IMG/VR virus record: IMGVR_UViG_3300012933_000217
Coordinates: 1 to 33,680 of that record
Length of the DNA stretch: 33,680 bases
Strand: one strand, 5' to 3'
DNA from: a virus
Taxonomy: Duplodnaviria > Caudoviricetes
Of this stretch, positions 14,417 to 22,945 are shown in pieces (within the stretch, counting starts at the first letter, position 1; every line of letters begins with the position of its first letter). The position numbers and the translations under genes were made by a program. The notes beneath the pieces are model-generated. The model was given only the letters and a program-made list of their open reading frames with translations. It made no database searches and had not been told where the DNA came from.

Positions 14417-14911
14417 ATGTGGAAATCAATTCCTAATTTTGAAAACTACCTTTGTAGCATTAACGGCGAATTTTCTAGAAATGGAAAGTTGCTAAAACAA
14501 GCAAATCATGAAAAGGGCTACTTACACATAAGGCTCTATAAGTACGGAAAGCAATTTACATTTAGATCTCATCGTGTTGTGTATGAGACTTTTATTGGCC
14601 CAATAGAAAAAGGTCTAGAAATAAATCACAAGAATGGCATAAAGGACGATAACCGCTTATGCAACCTTGAGGCTTGCACTCATTCTGAAAACTTGATACA
14701 CGCACTAAAAGAAGGATTGCAAGTTCCAAAAAGAGGTGCTATGAATAAAAATAGCATACCAATTTACGGAGTATCAATTTCGACCAAAGAGAAGATACAT
14801 TTCTCATCGCAAGCAGAAGCAACAAGAAATGGATTCAATCAAGGAAACATACAAGCCGTGTTGTCTGGAAAAAGAAAACAACACGGCGGGTATAGGTGGT
14901 TTTACACGTAA
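14417..14911 (+). CDS. HNH homing endonuclease (NUMOD4-like N-terminus, NUMOD1-like C-terminus)
   Basis: WKSIPNFENY.CS..G, HRVVYETF...INHKNGIKDDNRLCNLE..THSEN, F.SQAEA...HGGYRW. AT-rich. Confidence 0.9.
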   Translation: MWKSIPNFENYLCSINGEFSRNGKLLKQANHEKGYLHIRLYKYGKQFTFRSHRVVYETFIGPIEKGLEINHKNGIKDDNRLCNLEACTHSENLIHALKEGLQVPKRGAMNKNSIPIYGVSISTKEKIHFSSQAEATRNGFNQGNIQAVLSGKRKQHGGYRWFYT

Positions 14912-15390
14912 GCGCGCGTACCGCTTCGGTCAATGATTAGTTTGGATTTCATGGGCACATCACCTTCGTTTGTAGTGATAGCCACATGAGTCCAGCCTCC
15001 ACCATTAACAGGATCTGAAAACTCGCGGATTACCTGCTGATATGGCAGGTTGCTGGCGATGATTGCCTTCACAACTTGCTCAGGAATCATGCCAGGCACG
15101 CGAATGTCAGCAGCACAGCCGCGACGATGATCGCTTTTGTTGCTACTGCCAACAGCGTTATTCACAGCCTCTGAGCGAAACGCGCTGTTTACCATGATTG
15201 GCTTTCCACCCAAAACGGCTTTTAGCTGCTCCAAAAAGTCAGCCAGTCGCGGCAAGTTTGCAACAGCGTTGACCGTTACTTCTTTTCCGTTGATGATGCA
15301 CTTTTCGGTGGTCGTTGGCGTGTTATCCAGCTCGCGGTGGTCGGTGTGGGTCAGCTCTTCGAGCGTGAAGTGTGGGGTTAAATTTGTCAT
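14902..15390 (-). CDS. Endolysin, peptidase M15A family
   Basis: LTPHFTLEEL, SAFRS..VN..VG....SDH..G.AADI, WTHV (Zn ligands H, D, H). Confidence 0.88.
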   Translation of the reverse strand: MTNLTPHFTLEELTHTDHRELDNTPTTTEKCIINGKEVTVNAVANLPRLADFLEQLKAVLGGKPIMVNSAFRSEAVNNAVGSSNKSDHRRGCAADIRVPGMIPEQVVKAIIASNLPYQQVIREFSDPVNGGGWTHVAITTNEGDVPMKSKLIIDRSGTRAYV

Positions 15391-15836
15391 TTGCGACTCT
15401 CCATTACTTTCTCAACAGTGCGACCACCGAAGTAGGCGGTCATTACGATCATGCCCCACTGACCCAGCAGGTTCACGTAGGACTCAGCGATGCGGAATCC
15501 AAAACCATCTGCCACCGCCATCAAGATGAAGGCAGACAGAATGTAAATCAGCGTCATTGGCCGGATGTTTTTAGACAGCCACGAATCGCTGGCCATGTCA
15601 GCCTGCCAGCGTTCGCTGACGGCTTTGGTTTCAGCTTCAAACGCACGCGTGTCAATCTCTTTGAGTTTGAGCGCCAGCTCTGGATTTGACTCCAGAGCCT
15701 TAGTCACCTCACCGATTGACGCAGGTACGCCGAGCTTGTCAGCAATGGCCTTCACAGCCATGCCACCCATAGGGCCAGCCACCGCAGTGGCCAGCGCTGG
15801 GGCTGCGCTCTTCAACAGATTAAGAAGGCTGTCCAT
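15387..15836 (-). CDS. Holin, 3TM (GTA-holin-like)
   Basis: APALATAVAGPMGG, DMASDSWLSKNIRP, AYFGGRTVEK. Start re-called to ATG 15836. Confidence 0.75.
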   Translation of the reverse strand: MDSLLNLLKSAAPALATAVAGPMGGMAVKAIADKLGVPASIGEVTKALESNPELALKLKEIDTRAFEAETKAVSERWQADMASDSWLSKNIRPMTLIYILSAFILMAVADGFGFRIAESYVNLLGQWGMIVMTAYFGGRTVEKVMESRK

Positions 15837-16143
15837 CGTCCGGCTTTCCAACGATGGCCTGCGCGATCGCGGTAGTGGCCTTGCGACCAGAGATGCCACC
15901 CAATGTGCCAACACCCATGAAGGCAATGGCTTTCAGGATTTCCAAGAAGATGGCGTCGATTGGAGCCAGGTCTTCTGATTGCACCTCAAACGCGATGGCG
16001 TACAGGACGCCAAACGCAATGACCATCACCATGATCGTGATCGAACGAACCACAAAAGCCCACACTTGCACCTCGACCTCTTCGACGGTTGGCTTGGGCC
16101 GATTGATACGCGCCTCGATGATTTTCAGTAATAGCTCTTTCAC
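15820..16143 (-). CDS. Two-TM membrane protein of the lysis cassette
   Basis: Two hydrophobic helices; GTG start coupled to the upstream stop; SD AAGGA. Confidence 0.7.
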   Translation of the reverse strand: MKELLLKIIEARINRPKPTVEEVEVQVWAFVVRSITIMVMVIAFGVLYAIAFEVQSEDLAPIDAIFLEILKAIAFMGVGTLGGISGRKATTAIAQAIVGKPDDGQPS

Positions 16144-16364
16144 TCCTTGCCTTTCTCGGTGTTTTCCACCGTCTTCAATAAACGCTCGAGCTTCTCTCTC
16201 TCTTCGCGCAAAACCAATGCAGCCTTGTGCAACTCACGACGATCGCGTGTGCGCTCGGCATCTTGAACTGCAAACTTAAACAGACCCCAGAAAATGACTG
16301 TGCCAAAGCACATGACCAGCAAGCCAAGAAACACAATCACACCAAGGTTGTCAGGTTTAGACAT
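16140..16364 (-). CDS. N-terminal TM + coiled-coil protein (possible i-spanin-like)
   Basis: LGVIVFLGLLVMCFGTVIFWGLF followed by a charged helix. Start re-called to ATG 16364. Confidence 0.6.
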   Translation of the reverse strand: MSKPDNLGVIVFLGLLVMCFGTVIFWGLFKFAVQDAERTRDRRELHKAALVLREEREKLERLLKTVENTEKGKE

Positions 16365-17106
16365 TCGCAATGATACCAATCAACAACCAAAAGTAGGCCA
16401 CCATGAGCAGCAAGAAAAACACCGTCACGTTGCGGTCGATGCGGTCGTTGCGCTCTCGGTACTGTCTCGCCACCAGCGCAGCACGCTCACGTTTCTGCTT
16501 CATCTGGCGAGCCGCTTGCCCAACCTTAACCTTGTCCTGCATCTCTTTAAACTGCGACCAGATCGGCCCAAGCTGCCATGGCGCGTTGCTGGTCATTAAG
16601 GTCATCAACGCTGGGTAGGCGGCATCCACTTCGACCTGCAACTGCGTGAGCTCCAGAACCTCCTTCTGGTCGATCACGTCCTTGCCAAAAACTTCTGCGT
16701 AGCGTTTCTCGGTGTACGACTTCAGGAAAGCGTACTTGTCGAACCACTCGCCAACGTGGCCGATGAACTGCTGCACGACTTCGTCTTGTGTGGGGATGTG
16801 GTCGATGTATTCGTCTTTTGCGCTGGATTTTTTCGCGGGTGATTTGACTGGCTCGGCGGAGGCTTCATGCTGCTTGGCGATAGCGCTTCCATTAGGTTTT
16901 GCAGGCGCACCAAGTAAAGATTTGATCCACCCCCAGATGCCTGTGACTTCTGCATAAATCTTCTTAGCGTCAGCAACCCCGCCTTCCACGGTTTTCTTAA
17001 CGCGCTGAATTTCGACAGAGCCTTCACGCAGGCAATCGCAGCAATACTGAATGCCGCTATACGCAGCACGCATTGCTTGCAAAGCCAGCATGATTTCTGG
17101 CCCCAC
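16357..17106 (-). CDS. Helical protein with C-terminal TM anchor, lysis region
   Basis: 249-aa ORF ending VTVFFLLLMVAYFWLLIGIIANV. Confidence 0.75.
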   Translation of the reverse strand: MGPEIMLALQAMRAAYSGIQYCCDCLREGSVEIQRVKKTVEGGVADAKKIYAEVTGIWGWIKSLLGAPAKPNGSAIAKQHEASAEPVKSPAKKSSAKDEYIDHIPTQDEVVQQFIGHVGEWFDKYAFLKSYTEKRYAEVFGKDVIDQKEVLELTQLQVEVDAAYPALMTLMTSNAPWQLGPIWSQFKEMQDKVKVGQAARQMKQKRERAALVARQYRERNDRIDRNVTVFFLLLMVAYFWLLIGIIANV

Positions 17107-17107
17107 A

Positions 17108-17314
17108 TCAGAGGCCGATCAGCTTCTTGAAAAACTCAGCAGCAGCGCCAGGGCCAAGCAAGACAGCGGCCAGCACAGCCCAGATGTAGTACTCGATTTT
17201 GGTCATGCGAGCAGAACCATTCTCAAGCTGGCGATTGATCGTCTCATAGCGCTGTGCGCACACAGCCTCGTGAGTCATCAGCTTGGCCTCGGTCATTGAT
17301 ACGCTGTCTGACAT
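17108..17314 (-). CDS. XhlA/holin-like small membrane protein
   Basis: HEAVCAQRY coiled coil followed by TM YIWAVLAAVLLG. SD GGAG. Confidence 0.65.
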   Translation of the reverse strand: MSDSVSMTEAKLMTHEAVCAQRYETINRQLENGSARMTKIEYYIWAVLAAVLLGPGAAAEFFKKLIGL

Positions 17315-17317
17315 TTG

Positions 17318-17491
17318 TTACTCCGCTGTTGGCTCATCTGGCGGCAAAACTTCGTTGCCTTCGTCCAGCCATTTCAAATATGCTTGGTAGTCTGTGTTGG
17401 CCGGGTCGAATGGTATGCAAGCGCCATCAGTTGTACGAATAACGCAAGATGGTTCTGTTTTGCCAAACATGAGTTGTGCTGTTTTATACAT
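17318..17491 (-). CDS. 57-aa tail-fibre-associated protein (not in ORF track)
   Basis: MYKTAQLMFGKTEPSCVIRTTDGACIPFDPANTDYQAYLKWLDEGNEVLPPDEPTAE. The IPFDPANxDYQ motif commonly follows fibre genes; SD GGAG. Confidence 0.75.
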   Translation of the reverse strand: MYKTAQLMFGKTEPSCVIRTTDGACIPFDPANTDYQAYLKWLDEGNEVLPPDEPTAE

Positions 17492-18883
17492 TTATAACTC
17501 CGCAGAAAAGTCGACATATCCGTTTGATGACCCAACCACATATCCTAAGACAGCTCTGTTCTGAGCGCCAGCCGCAGATATAGTCAACGATAAAAATCCA
17601 GAATCAAAACCGCCAGCAAATGATCCTAAAGTTGCTGTATTTGCGAACGATACATGGTCACTCAGCTGCACATTACTAATTGAAGCTGTTGGAGCGGATC
17701 GCATGGTTGTTGGGTATTTTGTGTAAATAACCCCTGCCGTGGTAGAAGTCTGTAACCCACTACCCACGTCAAAGTCTGTTGAACCATTACCTTTTACTTT
17801 TGCATAATACCGCTGACACAAAGCCAACTCAGTACCATACGGGCGGTAGTCAAAGCTCGTTGCGGTTGAACCTTTTTCTAGTTGAACGCCTGTGATGTTA
17901 AATGTTGCGCCCGTTGTCTGAGTCAGTTTTGTAGTGCCTGTTACACCAACACCAGCAGATGTACCCCACGCATTTGTTGCTGCAATACTGTTTGTAATGC
18001 CAACACCCATGTCCCAACGAACAGTAATGCCACGACCGTTGGTATAAAGCCACGTTCCAGAGTTGTCGCCGACAATCGTCTTGGTGATGTATGTCCAAGT
18101 GTTTGCAACAGGAATAGAGTAGGTCGTAACGTATTGTCGGTTTGAAGCACCATTCTCAAGAATCAAGCCAAATGTTCCTGTAAGACTTGATTTTGCCCAG
18201 AAAGACAACGTAATTGTTTGTGCGTTTGCCGTGCCAAATTGCAAGTCAGCTACGTTATAGCCCTCAACAAACTGGACAATCTCAGAGTTATCGCCAGCAA
18301 CTGTACTGCCTGTTCCTACGGTGTACAAAAGGCTGGTAGAAAATCCCGATAGGCTAGGATTAACCTGCTGCACAGTGATGCTTTGTGTAGAAGCGGAATC
18401 GCAACGAAAACGGTCTGGCCCATATCCCGTTGTAGAAGAAATCGTAACACTAGCCCCCGCATTACGCTGGTCAATCACCATCGCACCATTGATGATGCGG
18501 TTCTTGAAGCCAAACGTGTTTGGTGCAGAAATTTCACTGCCAAAAGTAGTCTTTGCGTTCACAGTAGCCGTGTCGCTGCTCGAATCTCCAAGCGTCACGT
18601 TGCCAGTAGCAGACAAAGCCCCAAACGAACCAGTAGCAGCAGAGATTGCAGAAACCAAATCGCCTGATTGGTCAAGCGTAAAGAGCGAAATCCACGCATC
18701 GTTGTCTTCGTTGCGCATCTTCACGATGTTATTTGTCGTGTCATACCAAAGCATGTTGGCAAATGTCGTGGCTGGCGCACTTGTTCCGCTTTGCATGGAG
18801 CCGAGCGCCTGGAGCGCGTCATTCAAGTCTGAGCGAAACGCAGGGAAGCCCTGATTCGCAATGGTGAGATCATGTTGAGACAA
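17492..18883 (-). CDS. Tail fibre / receptor-binding protein
   Basis: N-terminal anchor QHDLTIANQGFPAFRSDLN, G/S/T-rich body, FKNRIINGAM.IDQR and GVQLEKGSTATSFDYRPYGTELALCQRYY motifs. Confidence 0.85.
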   Translation of the reverse strand: MSQHDLTIANQGFPAFRSDLNDALQALGSMQSGTSAPATTFANMLWYDTTNNIVKMRNEDNDAWISLFTLDQSGDLVSAISAATGSFGALSATGNVTLGDSSSDTATVNAKTTFGSEISAPNTFGFKNRIINGAMVIDQRNAGASVTISSTTGYGPDRFRCDSASTQSITVQQVNPSLSGFSTSLLYTVGTGSTVAGDNSEIVQFVEGYNVADLQFGTANAQTITLSFWAKSSLTGTFGLILENGASNRQYVTTYSIPVANTWTYITKTIVGDNSGTWLYTNGRGITVRWDMGVGITNSIAATNAWGTSAGVGVTGTTKLTQTTGATFNITGVQLEKGSTATSFDYRPYGTELALCQRYYAKVKGNGSTDFDVGSGLQTSTTAGVIYTKYPTTMRSAPTASISNVQLSDHVSFANTATLGSFAGGFDSGFLSLTISAAGAQNRAVLGYVVGSSNGYVDFSAEL

Positions 18884-18893
18884 TTTTTACTCC

Positions 18894-21767
18894 TTAAATG
18901 GCAAGCTCGCCATATCCTTTTGCCACATAGTCAAAGGTTCGGCTGACTGCTGTTCCGCCCGAATTTCTGAATGTGATTGTAAAGCCAGACGCTAATTTCG
19001 AGGTTATTGAATAGTAATCGCCTTGAGCCAAATTTTGCGCAGCAATACCAATGGCAGGTGCTACCTTAAACGCTGGGCTGAACGTCACGGCGTAAGCTCC
19101 AGAGCCAGAAACAAGGTCGTTACCTGCTGCCACACGGTCTGGCATATCAATCGACACCGACAATGCAGAGACGGTCGGGCTTGAATCGCCATTTTGAGCC
19201 GTCAAAACGATCTTGAACTTAAACGCGCGGGCCTTGTAGTCGCCAACAAAGAATCGGCGGTAATCCGTCCAAACAGGCGTTCCTGCTGGGTCGTCTTCTG
19301 TAGTTGCGATGTAGAACTCGACGTTAGTGTCGCCGTAGGTGTTTGGGTCGCCATCAAACAGACCTGTGCGCTCGTCAAACAGCTCGGTTGGGTCATCGAA
19401 CAGGTTTACATAATCAACGCGGCCAACGGTGATATTCGAGGTCACGCGCGATGTGTAAACAGAGCCGAGATCAACTGTCTGGGCGAAATAGTAGGTGCCC
19501 TCTGTCGATGTTGTGCCTCCACCACCGTCGAAATCTCCATCAACATCGTCAAACAGGCCTGTGGCGCTGTCAAAGTCGATTGCCGTATCAAGAACAAGAA
19601 AACCCTCATCGTTGACGTGGCATTCTGTTTTAGAACCAGCGAACGATGGTGATTCCGTGACAGTTTCAATGGCGTTGAGGCCTTTTATGTCCTCAATGAT
19701 CGCCACGATCTCTGCCACGCCCATGGATTCGTTGCCTAGCTTGTCAATCGCCTTGATAAAGTAAGTGCCGGTCATGGCTGGAGCCACAGCAAAAACCCCA
19801 GGGCGAGGCACCTTCTCGACCAAGTCAATAGCGTCCGAATAAACCGCACCAGTTGTCAAACGCGAGTGACGGATTCGGTAATGGCTCAGATCAAGGTCGC
19901 CAACTGGGTTCCATGTCAGATAGGCTTGCGTGCCAACGATGTTGATTGAGAAGCCGGTCACATCCTCTGGTGGGGCTGTCTTGCCAACAACTCCATGAGA
20001 ATCCAAGGCCCATTCAGATCGAACGCCAAGCGTATTTATTGCCCTTGCGCGAACGTTATAAGTCGCACCGTCGATCACGTTGTAAAGCTCAAAAATGAAG
20101 CCCGTTGCTTGCCCTAAATTAATCCATTCTGTCGCGGTGCTGATCTTGGCCTGCACCTCATATCGGTTTTGAAATGATGCCGAGCCGGATAACGTGACCA
20201 CCAGCTTGGTGATGACCGTCTCTGCTGCTATCTCTAAAACGTCTGTGGTTGCCACTCCTGGCTCTGTCACGGTGAACGGGTCAGGCAGGTTGGTATTTGG
20301 GGCAATGTCAACAACCGTCTCGTCGCCAGAATTCCAATCGTAGACGCCGGATGCTGTCTCGCGCAATGTCAGGTTCACGATAGGCGTGGAGCCTGTTTCG
20401 GAGTTTGTGAACGAGAACGACCAGTCGATCACCTCGAAAACCTTTGAGCTCCAACCGTATCTGCTGAAATTTAAATTGACGTTGTCGCCTGGTTGCAGTT
20501 GAAACGCTTTCAGGTTGCAAGACAAGTTCACGCTAATCTGTTGGCGAGATTTCTCAAGGTCGATTTTTGCAAGGCGCTGGCAAGATGCCACCGAGGTCGT
20601 GAACGGGAATTGAATGTCCTTCCAGATTTTCTCGTTGTCCTGCGAGGTATAGAGCGCATTGGTGACCGGAGGGAAGCTGCTTAGTTGGTAAAGCGCGTCC
20701 GGCTCCGAATAAGTGCCCTTGACAGCGTTGAAAATATCTCGGCGTGATTGCGAGCCTTGAACGGATACGGCACCAACCAGATCATCGTCATCAAGCGTGA
20801 CCGTCGGCGAGCGATATTCTGCCACCTTCAAAGTCCACTTGCCGCCAATATATGCAAGGCTTCCACCGCAAGCAGTGAGCATCTTCGACAGGATTTCTTT
20901 TGGCTTCTCGCCGGAGCTGAAAGCGCCGTTGATCGTGTAGCGTTTCTCTGTGCCGCCTTCTGCAAGCGTCACGTCCTCGTCGCAAATTTCAGCCGCCGCA
21001 ATGAATGAATCGTTGTCAATCTCGTCATCTGTCGCGGCAAAACCGTAATCAACGTCCGTCAGGTAATCGCGAATGCAAAGCGCCGCATTTGTTGAATATG
21101 CAGTTGTGGTATCGCGCGGGTCGTAGACCTTCTTGCCTTGGATTTCTGCCGTGACGTTTGGAAGACCTTGCGGGAATTTGTCAGCGTCGAAAACAAGCTT
21201 TACGCCAAGTGTGGCGATACCTTTGAACTGAAATGCTGACGCCGCAGTGCCAGAAAACAACTCCATGGCAGATTGCGTTGCTGTGCCTGTGGCGTAATCG
21301 AAATTGATCGCGCTTGTGCTGCCTTTATAGTTGATCGTGTAGATGCCACCGCTTGGGGTGAGCGCAAATTTCTCGTCGGCAACATAGACGTTTTGGACGC
21401 TGTCGATCTCATGTCCAGCCATGGCGATTGCCATATACATGGTTTCGTTTTTTGAGCCAGCAGTCTCCATGTGCACGATCGTCCCGCCAACGCGCGATTT
21501 GCCATAGACGATCATTGCATCGCCTGCCGCCTGCCGAGACGATACGAGCTGGCCTCTCAATTGTGAGCCAAGGTCAAAATCCTTGGGCGTTTCTGCTAAA
21601 ACCTGAGAGACAGCAGACGCAGCGCCCGCCATGATTGCTGCAGTACTCGCAAACGCCGTAAATGTTTGGCCCGCTGAGATTGACGCTGGGCCGAGATAGT
21701 AAACAGCCGCCGCAACAACGACGGCCGTAACGACCGACTTGAAAACATTACTTAGACTGAATCCCAT
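18894..21767 (-). CDS. Central tail tip / host-specificity protein (gpJ-like, FN3 domains)
   Basis: IVYGKSRVGG, GKKVYDPR, NAALCIRDYL, YNVRARAIN.LG..S.W, YFIKAIDKLGNES. Position after hub genes. Confidence 0.85.
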   Translation of the reverse strand: MGFSLSNVFKSVVTAVVVAAAVYYLGPASISAGQTFTAFASTAAIMAGAASAVSQVLAETPKDFDLGSQLRGQLVSSRQAAGDAMIVYGKSRVGGTIVHMETAGSKNETMYMAIAMAGHEIDSVQNVYVADEKFALTPSGGIYTINYKGSTSAINFDYATGTATQSAMELFSGTAASAFQFKGIATLGVKLVFDADKFPQGLPNVTAEIQGKKVYDPRDTTTAYSTNAALCIRDYLTDVDYGFAATDDEIDNDSFIAAAEICDEDVTLAEGGTEKRYTINGAFSSGEKPKEILSKMLTACGGSLAYIGGKWTLKVAEYRSPTVTLDDDDLVGAVSVQGSQSRRDIFNAVKGTYSEPDALYQLSSFPPVTNALYTSQDNEKIWKDIQFPFTTSVASCQRLAKIDLEKSRQQISVNLSCNLKAFQLQPGDNVNLNFSRYGWSSKVFEVIDWSFSFTNSETGSTPIVNLTLRETASGVYDWNSGDETVVDIAPNTNLPDPFTVTEPGVATTDVLEIAAETVITKLVVTLSGSASFQNRYEVQAKISTATEWINLGQATGFIFELYNVIDGATYNVRARAINTLGVRSEWALDSHGVVGKTAPPEDVTGFSINIVGTQAYLTWNPVGDLDLSHYRIRHSRLTTGAVYSDAIDLVEKVPRPGVFAVAPAMTGTYFIKAIDKLGNESMGVAEIVAIIEDIKGLNAIETVTESPSFAGSKTECHVNDEGFLVLDTAIDFDSATGLFDDVDGDFDGGGGTTSTEGTYYFAQTVDLGSVYTSRVTSNITVGRVDYVNLFDDPTELFDERTGLFDGDPNTYGDTNVEFYIATTEDDPAGTPVWTDYRRFFVGDYKARAFKFKIVLTAQNGDSSPTVSALSVSIDMPDRVAAGNDLVSGSGAYAVTFSPAFKVAPAIGIAAQNLAQGDYYSITSKLASGFTITFRNSGGTAVSRTFDYVAKGYGELAI

Positions 21768-22324
21768 TATCTACCCCAAGCGATCTGACGATCTTGCAAT
21801 TGTGCAACACCGGAGAGGGATTCATCGCCAGGGAAGCGTTCTAATTGTTCCTCGTTTGTCAGTTTTCTTGTGCGCGGACGGTCGAGGTCAATCATCACGT
21901 TTTCCACGGCAATCGCAACGGTGGCTGTTGAACCATCCTCTTGGAGCGTCATCACATCCATGCGGCCTGCGAATATCTGGTACATATCCGAGACAGGTTG
22001 GTTGGTTGCGTCCAAAGCCCCCAAATAAATCTTGGCCGACCTGCCGCGATAGTTCTCGCCCAGCATGATCGAAATAATCTGCGCATCAAGACCAGTCAGC
22101 GTGATCGTAATGCCGTTTGCCGATAGGTCGGTTGCCTCCGAAACCTCGGAGAACCCCATAACGCTACCCGCACCAGACCAAGTCTCTCCGTTTGCCGTGA
22201 TGTTGCCGTAACCCGTCCAAAAGCGAAGGTCGCCAGAATCAAAAAGTAGCTCGACAGCGTAAAACGGTTTGAGCTCGGTTGCGTCAAATTGAGTGGCAAG
22301 TGCCGATGGCAGGGAGCGAGACAT
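21767..22324 (-). CDS. Minor tail / baseplate hub protein (gpL/DUF2163-like)
   Basis: LRFWTGYG, FAGRMD, FPGD...I.WGR. Position after the distal tail gene. Confidence 0.7.
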   Translation of the reverse strand: MSRSLPSALATQFDATELKPFYAVELLFDSGDLRFWTGYGNITANGETWSGAGSVMGFSEVSEATDLSANGITITLTGLDAQIISIMLGENYRGRSAKIYLGALDATNQPVSDMYQIFAGRMDVMTLQEDGSTATVAIAVENVMIDLDRPRTRKLTNEEQLERFPGDESLSGVAQLQDRQIAWGR

Positions 22325-22944
22325 TACAACGCCTCTCTAGCACCGAACGTGATGCCGTAGAACGTTGCCTCGTTAATATCCCATGATTGTTGGCCCGCTG
22401 TCAGCCTAAAAACTCCCTTCGGAGCCGATACCACGATTGGCGCATTATCGGACGGAGCCGAGCGCAGGTCTGGCCACAAAGTAAGGGTTGCATTGCCGGA
22501 GCTGTCTGAATTCACATCGTCCAAAACCTTGTGGAGCAAAGATGAAGCTGCTCCGCCAAGCTGAATGTAATCGCCAGCTTTCAAAATGCCAGTCGTGTTC
22601 GGTGTCCATCCATCGGTAATCAAGTCGGTGCCAGTTTGGTTTGCGCCTTTGACAAGGGGTGTGCCGGTTGCAACTCCGCGTGCTGTTGCGCCGTTTGGGT
22701 CGCCAAGCAGAAATGTTCCGTATGAGCCGTTGAGCTTCAACAAAAAGGAAATCCAATACTCGGCGTCTGCGCGTTTCATCGGTGGCAGAGAAATATCGGC
22801 CTCCCAAAACTGGCCAGTGTATTTGTAGACCTGCTGGCGGGCTGTGAACGGAGATTGCGACACGCCGACCACGTTGTTGGCGGTAAGCCGTACCTTTGCC
22901 AGCCCTTTGTTGGTCGGTATTGCGAGAGGGTATGTGACTGCCAT
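22324..22944 (-). CDS. Distal tail protein-like
   Basis: Follows the tape measure gene; SPFT..QQ...G..W, FLLKLNG..GTF. Confidence 0.7.
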   Translation of the reverse strand: MAVTYPLAIPTNKGLAKVRLTANNVVGVSQSPFTARQQVYKYTGQFWEADISLPPMKRADAEYWISFLLKLNGSYGTFLLGDPNGATARGVATGTPLVKGANQTGTDLITDGWTPNTTGILKAGDYIQLGGAASSLLHKVLDDVNSDSSGNATLTLWPDLRSAPSDNAPIVVSAPKGVFRLTAGQQSWDINEATFYGITFGAREAL

Positions 22945-22945
22945 C

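Noticed and set aside
17492-18883. Tail fibre as a diversity-generating retroelement or invertible-segment target
   Set aside because: No reverse transcriptase, invertase or duplicated template repeat seen in the window.
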